A DNA stretch of 64,000 bases from Amoebophrya sp. A120 (lineage: Eukaryota; Protista; Dinoflagellata), in the NCBI GenBank assembly GCA_905178155.1, contig CAJINV010000001.1, positions 16,306,142-16,370,141 on the forward strand, given 5' to 3'. A model generated the notes under the pieces. That model was not told the origin of the DNA and did not search any database. It was given only the letters and a program-made list of their open reading frames with translations. Positions 55,148-64,000 of the stretch are shown here, piece by piece. Each line of letters opens with the position of its first letter. Position 1 is the stretch's first letter. Made by a program: the position numbers and the translations under genes.

Positions 55148-58100
55148 ATGAGTTGCGATACCCCTGCGGGCCTTGGTGTCCCCGTCACCCCCGACCGCCG
55201 CTCCGGGAGTTTCACTTCGCAAGACTCGAGCATCAAACAACCGAAAACCCGGAACGCGATGGGAGGGCAGCACATCCCGTTCCTCTTCGTTCCCCCGGGA
55301 ACGACTGCGCGGGCGAGAAATGGGCAACACGTTCCGCAGAGCATGGGTACTAAAAATTATGCATAAAATGCTTATTCGATAATTTTAATTTCGATATGAG
55401 AAAGCCAAAGCCCGGTCGCAAGACGCTCGTTCTATGTACTTAATATGACATTTGATTTCATCGCGCCGCGACGTCAATAGATTTGGGAGGTCACCATGAT
55501 GTTCATTTTCTATTGCGTTCCATCTTCCTCGGAATTCATATTCCAATCCTTTACTCCAATCGTACGAACAGAGCGGTCGGATGCACTGATGAGTTTGACG
55601 CTGAACCTGCTAGAAACGTACCAGAATTGCAACCCGGAGTTCAAGTACAACCAGAACAAGTCGGCGCCGAAGCGGGTGTTAACCAAGCTGGCCGAGGGTG
55701 TGTACAACAATGGATACGACAACTCGAAGCACGATTACATCTGCCGGGTCCGCGACCAGCTGACCAGCCCGGACGGGCGGATCTACAGCATCGTCGAGCG
55801 GCTGGGTCACGGAACGTTCGGGCAGGTGCTCAAGGTGCAAATCCTCCAGCAGGACCGCGAGAGGTACAACGTAAATCCCGCGAAGGCGATGGCAGAAGGG
55901 GAACAGCAACACCAGGTTCCATTGAACAACAGCGCCGGTACCCCTCCGTTTTCTACTGCCGAATCTGGTGGGATGGATCAACAACTGCACAGCAATAACG
56001 CCCACAACAGCCAGCAGTTGTTGAAGGAGGGCGGGCACGTGGCGCTGAAGATCATTAAGAACAAGCCGGCCTATTTCCATCAGGCCTTGGTGGAGGTTCG
56101 CATCTTGAAGATGCTGAACGAGAAGTACGACGAGGAGAGCCGCATCGTGCGCATGCTGGACTTCTTCGTGTACCGGAAACACCTGTGCATCGCGTTCGAG
56201 ATTCTCAGCGTCAACCTGTACGACGTGTTGAAGCAGAACGGGTTCCGCGGCCTGTCCACGCTGTTGATCCGGAACCTGGTGGAGCAGATCGTGCGCGCGC
56301 TGCAGTGCCTGCGGAAGGCGCGCATCATCCACTGCGACCTGAAGCCGGAGAACGTGTTGCTGTCCACCACGCGGACCACCAATATCAAGCTGATCGACTT
56401 CGGCTCCGCCTGCTTCGAGGGCCACATCGTCTACACCTACATCCAGTCGCGCTTCTACCGATCGCCCGAGGTGCTGCTCGGCCTGCCCTACTCCTCTGCC
56501 ATCGACCTGTGGTCGCTGGGGTGCATCTGCGCCGAGCTTTTCATTGGGCTGCCGGTACTAAGCTGTTCTGCTTCGATGTCGTGTGATTTGCAGTTATTGA
56601 TTCAGTTGGCAGGAGTTCCTGCCGACGGCGGTGTCGACGCTTTCACCACATGACCAACTCCGGTTTTGATGTCGGTGCAACGTTTCGGCACAGCTACGCC
56701 AAAAAACGCTGCCATCTTTTATCTACGCCATATCCATAAATCAAAACAGTACAGTCGATTCATTGGTGAAATACAAACTGTTCAAATGTAAGGATCCCTT
56801 GGCATGGTGACCAAAATCAAAATCAGATCTTTCCCGGTTGCAGCGAGTATGACCAAGTGAAGCGCATCACGGAGGTATGCGGCATTCCGCCTGCCCGTAT
56901 GATGGAAGGAGGAAATGCGTCGAAGTATTTCGTTCCCGTGCCCGTGAATCCGGAGGTCGACAACAACCAGACCGACAACTGCTCCAGCGAGTCGGCGAGC
57001 GGCGAAGAGGAGGAGGAGGATGACGAGGATGAGGAATCCACGAGCACGTTAGCAAGCCCCACCATCCTCCAAGCGCCGAATAACCAAGCGCAGCAAACAA
57101 ACGCTCAAGTAGTAGGTCAAGGGGAGCAGCCACCTGCCACAGCGACGGCTGGTGGAACTACAGCTACCGCTGCGGCAAGCAACGGCAGCGCAGCGAATTG
57201 CGCGTCGGACCAGCAGCAGCAGACTACAGCGAGCATCACGACGGAGTTGCTGCAGCGGAGCAGCGGCGCGAGCATGAACACGAAGCAAGGTCGGCAGCAG
57301 TTGATGAACGGCATGAACTTGGTCCGGAACGAGAGCCGCAACACCATGGCGCCACCACCCGGGGCAAACTCGTCGACCACGGGTAGTACCACGACCTCGA
57401 ACAATAACAGCAACCTCCCGTTTCCTGGTGCACAGTCCGGTTTGAACCCCAACAGTGATCTTCAACATCGGGACCACCCCGGAAGCAATAGCGGTTCGTG
57501 TGCCAGTACGCCGTGCAGCAGCAAGCTGCCGCCGCCGCCGGTGTACGCCCCTCCGCCGCGGGCGACGAATTCCCTGTCGATCAAGACCGGGAACACGACC
57601 CCCTCCGGTTCGGCCAGCAGTACCAACGCCTCCGCGAAGGCCACGCCCACCAATTCCTCCTGCTCGTCCGACGTGAACACCGGAAACGAGTCGTGTTCCA
57701 CGACGGAAAACAACAGCCAAACGTTGATCAAGGGCGGCTTTCCGGGGGAAAATGTGGTAAAAGCGGCCCCGAACTTTACCTCGTCGAAGAACGCCGCGTC
57801 GAAAAACACGCCGCCGCTGAACTACCTTCAGGCTCTGGTCGGTGGCGGCGGCAACCAACCGGTCAAGGCGGCGCACCGCGGCAAGGCCAGCCTGTTTCAG
57901 CAGAGTATGAAGGCCAGCTCAAAGTCCACGTCCATTGCGGGTTCGGCCAGCATCGGTGGAGGCAACGTGACTAATGTCAGCCCGAAAACCGCCCTGGTAA
58001 GTGGTGCTGCAACTACTGCAACCACTCCTGCAGCTCAGCAACCAAGTGTTGACAAGAGCAAGAAGAACGAGGCCACGACTGCAACTGCGGTTTGTTCGCC

Positions 58101-61100
58101 GACGTCCAGCGTTACGACCAAGACGAACAAAACTGATGCAGAGAAACAGCTAGTGTCGTCGAGTAGACCTGATGCTGGTGCTGGTGCGACCGGCACTGCC
58201 ACATCGAAAAGTTCCTCGAACGATTCCTGTTCGCGGGAGGAGGACGCGCGAACTGAGTACACGTTGGATTTCGAAAGCGATTCGCTGCTGCCCTCCCGGG
58301 TCCCAACGGGAGATGTTGTGGTTCCAGACTCGGAGAGGATCGTCGAGACCATTGTCGGGACCGGTGTCAACTTGCACGTGTCTGACACCGTGTCAAATTC
58401 CACCGAGCTGCCCTCGAAGAAAAATTCCATTATCGGGAGTAACCAACTCTTCTCGCTCTCGGCGACGGAGGTGGATCCCACGGCCCAACGAGGTCCTGCC
58501 GCCGCCGGGTCGAAGGGAAGCTCCTTGCACAATCTGGGCGACGACAGCGTCGCGGCCAATTCCGACTGCGCAGCGGTCGCCATTCGCTCGGCGGTGAGCG
58601 GCGTGCTAGAGGCGGTGCTCGAAAACCGTCCCTTGCGGTCCTCAGGAAGCAAAAGCAAAAGCTCCAAGAACGCTTCCGGGAAGCCGACGGGGGCGGACGG
58701 AATGTCGAATAAACCTACGAAAGGGGTATGTAGACTAAAAAGTTCGGATTTTATGAAGCTTGATCATGTGCAAAAGGACAAAAATCAGTCTGGCACCGAA
58801 ACGTGCAGCCGTTAAGAATGTATAGATGATTCGACGCACCGTCCTACGTACTCAAATTTATCGCAGGTGCTGACGCAGTCCTGCGAGCAGTTGAGCCTCC
58901 ATTTGCTGTTAGGGAACGGCAACAACGAGCGCGTGAAGAAGGCGAAGAAGCGCGGCAAGCGCAATTTGTCCTCGCCGCTCCGCACGCGGTCGGCGCCCCC
59001 GCGGATGAAGACCACCGGCAAGCGCAAGCGGCAGACCCGGAAGCGCGCGACGACGCTGGGCTCGAATGTGAGCGCGACGACGCGGGCGGCCGCGGGCCCG
59101 ACGCTGTCTCGGACCACGCGCACGAGCTCGAACACCAACGCGATCGTCGTCAACAAAACGGCGACCACTTCGACGACCGCGACGGCGGCCAACACGATTG
59201 ACCACGCAGGCATGCCCGCGACCAAGCTGCACAACAAGCAGGCCAGCGCCATGGTTACGTGGCGGCTGAAAACGAAGGAGGAGTACGAGCGCAGCACGCA
59301 GAAAAAGGAAGGGCCGTCCAAAAAGTACTTCGATTTCTCCTCCCTGGAAGAGATGGTCCAATCGGTGCGGGCAAGCAAAACAACGCCGGAGGAAAAGAAA
59401 CGTCGAGAGCAGCTGCTCGACTTCCTGAAGCAACTCTTCCAAATCGATCCGGCCAAACGCATGACCCCGGACGAAGCCCTGCGGCACCCGTTTTTGACCG
59501 GCCAGACCACACCTGTTGCGGCTACGGCTACTGAGGTATTAATGGAAAGAACTTACTCATCTTCATTGAAATTGAATCAAGAGCACTGGTAGAGAAATCA
59601 GTCACGGGCAACTGCAAATGTGACTTATTTACTTACTCGATAGATGTTGATTTGTGCAAAAGAGAACAAACTTTCCTTTTCCTTTCTTCCAGGGCGCCCC
59701 CTGTTTCCCGACGCCCGCGCCGGTGCACAAGCAGGATTTCAAATCGGATGCCACTGTGGATGCGGCGCAGCCGTTCCTGTTGCCGCCCATGCCCGATCTG
59801 ACCGAAGAAACTTTGCGCTGCCTGGACTTACCGCCCGACCAGCCCGAATCCTACCGTCCCCCGGTGGATGCCTTACCGGACAGTTACTTCTACGGCTTTC
59901 TCCACGGGCGGTACCGCGAGCAGCGCACCACGATGCAGCAGGTGCAGGAAGGCGCGCCCGGCACCGGTGCCCCCAGCAGCAGTACCTCGACGCCCGCGTC
60001 CGGGGCCGGGGGCTCCTCTGCAACGCTGCAGCCGGTCAACCAGCACTACAGCAAAAGTGCAGGAGCCCCTGGGCAAGTTTCTGCTGCTGCGATGGCTTCT
60101 GCGCAATTGTACTCCAACGTCGCGAGCGGTGGCGCCAAGGCGGCCCCTCCGCCGGTGCCGCCCCCACTTCCTGCGACCCAGCAGCACGCGCAAGCCACCC
60201 CAACCTCTGGACAGCACTCATTGTCGATGAGTCACGGCGGAGCACCAGTGCAGGTTGGTTCTAATGTTCCAACTTTTGTCGCGACCAATGCAGCCTCTGC
60301 TTCTGCGCAGGGTGTGCCGCACGTCCAGGTGGCTGGCACGATGCACCCAGCAGGGCCCCCGCAATTCCCGCACCAGCACGCGACACCGACTTCGTCCTTC
60401 ACGTCGCGCGGTGCGTTTCCGTCCCGTGGATTCGCCACCCCGCTCAGCGATGCCACGACCTCCGCGCCGTGGGCGGAAAAGAGTGACTCCTCGATGGCTG
60501 ACCCGAAGGGCGTTGTTCAGCAGGGGGGTCTTCACAACAAGCAGCCGGTGCCGCAGGCCACAACGCCGCAGGACTTGCAGCACCACTCTTCTGGCGGGTC
60601 CTCGTCCACGACAGCCTCCTTGACCAACACGCCGACCACCATGCATCAGTACCACCCACCGCAGCGCGCGACCGCCGGCGGACAGTGGCCGGTGCCGCGT
60701 GCCGGGGGTCCACCGAGCCGGGATAATTCCCGAGTGGCCTACGCCAATCCACCGCAGCAGCCACCGCCGCATGTCGCCGTGGTGGGCAGCCCGGCCGGGC
60801 AGCCGCCGCACCAGCATCCAGGGAATCGCGGACGTAGTTTTCTAGTTTGTTCTCCCATGAGGCTCGTAATTTCTGTGACAACTCCTAGTGTTTTGATGCA
60901 CGGTGCTGGTACTTCTCTCATGAATGTAGCGCTTTGTAATCAACAACATCAAAATTCGCTTTTCTCAAAAAAATCCATGCAGAAAACAACGCTGGTCTCC
61001 GGCTGGTGCAATACAATGCTAAGCCTCCTGCGTATCACCAGAAGCGCCGTGCAAAGTACGCCCGCCCGCATTCTTGGTCCTACGGAGCTCCAGGGATGCA

Positions 61101-61836
61101 GCAGCCGCACACTCCGGGAGATCGGTACGAAGTTGCTACTTTTTTATTCGATTCACAAATGTGATGTGTTGCTATCAAAAGATGCAGAGTCCGTAATCAA
61201 ATACGTGACTCACGATTTCGTCGCCTATCATGGCAAACAAAAATCGATAGGTCGAGCACGGGCAACCCGGGTAATGCGAGTGGTCCGGGTTACATGGTTT
61301 CGTCGGGGGGTTCGAGCAACACGTCGGGACCGCAGCAGCTGCAGCCGCCGCCCCAGCAGCAATATTCGTATCACCCCGGTGTTGTAGGTGGATCTGCGAC
61401 CAGCCAGCAGCAAACGCACGTGCACCAACATGCGACGCACCTCCAGCCACCGCCGGCGCAGCAGCCTCCCCATCACGTGCAATCCCGCGGGTCTTCGCCG
61501 TGGCACTTGCCCAGCCCCATTTCCCCGGCGTGTTCAGTGGTGTCGGAATCTTGGGCAACCAGTACCAACAACAGGCAAATCTTTTCGCCGGCGGACAGTT
61601 GGACCAGCGACGATCACGACTACTCCCGGGCAGCGCACTACTATTCGAGCTCCCCACCATCGTCTCTGGACTCTTCTCGCAACCAGCATCACTCGTCGTC
61701 CTACAACGCGTACAATGCTCATGGGGGACCGCACGGGCAGCAGCAAATGTCAGCGGGCGGCGGCGGCTGGAACAACGTTACGAAACGTGGCCAACAAGAC
61801 TTCTCGAAGCAGATGATGCACAATAGGACTACATGA
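55148..61836 (+). CDS. YAK1: Yak1/YakA-type DYRK-family dual-specificity protein kinase (7 exons)
   Basis: Yak1 signature TY..CNPEFKY...PKRVLTK...NNGYDN..HDYI; GHGTFGQV, KIIKNKPAYFHQA, HCDLKPEN, DFGSA, YTYIQSRFYRSPE. Introns 55347-55571, 56555-56826, 58726-58866, 59536-59692, 60834-60982 and 61125-61250. Start is at 55148 or 55259. Confidence 0.9.
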
Positions 61837-64000
61837 ACAATCGATGCTCAGCTTTCATGACGCCATACCTTGGCATGCATGGGTTTTGTTTTGTCATTAT
61901 CAGGATTTCCAAAAGACGTTTGACAGACTGCACTCTTTGCATCTTCCATAAAGAAATCCAACACAGTGATGACTGGGTTGATTGTTGGTGTTGCAGCACA
62001 CCACCTTCGTTGTATCTTCGAGTTGTTCTTGATGACTTTCAGTTTTACAGCCGTCGGCCCGTACGCAACTGTGCCACAGCATCCTCAATTTGTCGGAGCG
62101 GAAGTTCACGCGCAGATGCCACTGGACAGTGAGATGAAGCGCTTTCACCCTCTGGCGGCGCCGAAACAAATTTCAGGCCAATCCTTTCGCGCGAAAACGG
62201 GCATGTCAGACTCTGGGCCGGTCATGGCGAGTAAGTATGGCAAATAACAAAGAGTAAAACTTACTCTCGGCAAAGGAACAAATTTTTGCAAGCGCCAAGC
62301 CAGCTTGCGAAAAGATGAAGGTGTCCGGTAGACGTTGTTAGAAGTTGTCTGCAGATATTTTTGTGCGGACTCACAAGATATGACGTTGCGGGGACGACTT
62401 ATGTACCTGCGAGGAGCCCTTCTGTCACTCACATTGCTGTCAAAGAGAAACTTTTAGATATACTCCCTGAAAAACCATCGTGTGCGCTTCGTTTGAAGCG
62501 ACTTGGCAGTAACGATTTTTTGAAATAATTGCAAATAGAATTTTCATGAAAAATAACTCTCTCTGCTACATGGGTGAATGACTTTTGTTGTCGCAGTTGC
62601 GAAGGTTCCACTAAGGTAAGATAAGAAACATTCGCTTTTATAACGAAGAGCTTCGCTTCGTTGGTGCCCCCGCTGCCTCTACTACCCTGAAATTTTTAAA
62701 ATTTTCGGATGTTTTTTGCTAGCACTCTACTGTCGATGCAAAAATACTTTTTTTAACAACAAAGGTATAATTTGCTTGTCTAATGTCATACGACGCTTAA
62801 GACTTTTAGAGCGTTAGTACTAAACCACCACTTTCCTCCTGTACTACGTCAGCCGCGTGGCGCGCCCGTTGCAAGCGATCTTTTCGGAAGGTGCAGTGCT
62901 ATATTTTTGAAGGCAACATCAACTTGCAACAGCAACACCTCGACGAATTCGGAATCTCGAAACATTTTTAGCCGACAACAAAGATAGTAGAGCGAGAGTT
63001 CCGAATTTTCCGGTTTTTCTAATGGAATTACAAGACTTTGCAGCTGAACTACTTACAACTATGTAATTTTCCACCGCCATGCATAAAGGTAAGGAACATT
63101 TGTCCCGTGTGGTGGACAAGCTACGTCTGCTTCAGAGTATTTGAAGAAGTTTTAGTTTCATCAGAAAGTTTCTGGACAATAATCTGCCGAGCGCCAGCTC
63201 TTCCAGCGATGACATTTCGCAGCGACTTTTGCATCTTTTTAAGAAAATAGGCCAGGTACAGAAGGCGCCGTCATTGTCAGGTCCCGGTTCTCTTTCTTTT
63301 CGGGCTCTGCCGATGTCACGGCGACGACTTATCTGTCGCAGTTCTGTCGTGGGCGAAAGGATTTGCTGTGGAAGCGAATTGCTCGAGAATGCATCCCTGT
63401 TTTATCGGAGGCATTAATTATCATTTTTTCGAATTCAGTTTTTGTTTGGTTTGCGACCGATTTCGACAACCTGCCTATTGTAGTTGTAGCGCCAGAAAGT
63501 TGCACTGATAATCGCAAATCAGAGCCTGGATAACCGATGCAGCTCCCCTACAACTAAATTGAAGACTCGCACACTTTTTCTAAGACAAAAAAAAAACAAG
63601 TACAAGGAACAGAGCCTTCACTATTTTCTGATGAATTTCTAATCCTGTAAAAATTGACTTTGAAATCTTAAATTTTTTGAGACATGTAAAAGACATTGAG
63701 ATCGAAGATGGATGATATTTTCAGATAGCTCTAGATGATAGTTGCTACTAAGTCCTTTCGCTTTCTGCTTTTACAAAACAAGCAGAAATTTGTAAAAGTC
63801 GACTGCCTAATTACGGACTTCATCGCCACTTAGCCAACCGCAAAAGGAACAACAACAATCTGTTGATAGCCTGGACGACGCGATTATCTTGTGCTTACCT
63901 TCCCCCCACGCTTCATCATGGCGAAACTTTGACTGCCCGCCAGAGGTTGCACCTACCTATCACAAGTTGGCATCTGACCCAAGATAAATTTCCCAGAGGG

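Noticed and set aside
61900-64000. Short ORFs at the window end
   Set aside because: AT-rich, with no codon bias or motifs. Treated as intergenic.

Overview
Eukaryotic nuclear DNA with a compact, intron-containing gene array. All ~18 recognisable host genes lie on the + strand, introns are short GT-AG, conserved exons are GC3-rich, and RPS10 has a KGKGK tail. This fits a dinoflagellate-lineage alveolate, probably a Syndiniales parasite such as Amoebophrya (inference, not proven). Host genes: SSNA1/DIP13-like, FtsH-like AAA ATPase without protease domain, Caps_synth-type glycosyltransferase, Zc3h12a-like NYN/PIN nuclease, CWF19L1/Drn1-like, LCAT/PLA2G15, FkbM methyltransferase, FIBP-like, SAC3/GANP, DnaJ, LONRF, RPS10, GT47 exostosin, an alpha/beta-hydrolase pseudoenzyme and Yak1 kinase. 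The standout is an apparently intact non-LTR retrotransposon (~43.9-52.2 kb). Its single 2.2-kaa ORF fuses a cold-shock domain, coiled coil, AP endonuclease, reverse transcriptase, split Zn finger and a C-terminal AP2-like DNA-binding domain. It is followed by ~1.1 kb of non-coding sequence with extensive long-range pairings, G-U-rich hairpins, a candidate pseudoknot and a tandem tetraloop-hairpin array. Two decayed LINE fragments and a MITE-like inverted repeat inside an intron are also present. All domain calls come from motif recognition by eye; no database search was run.
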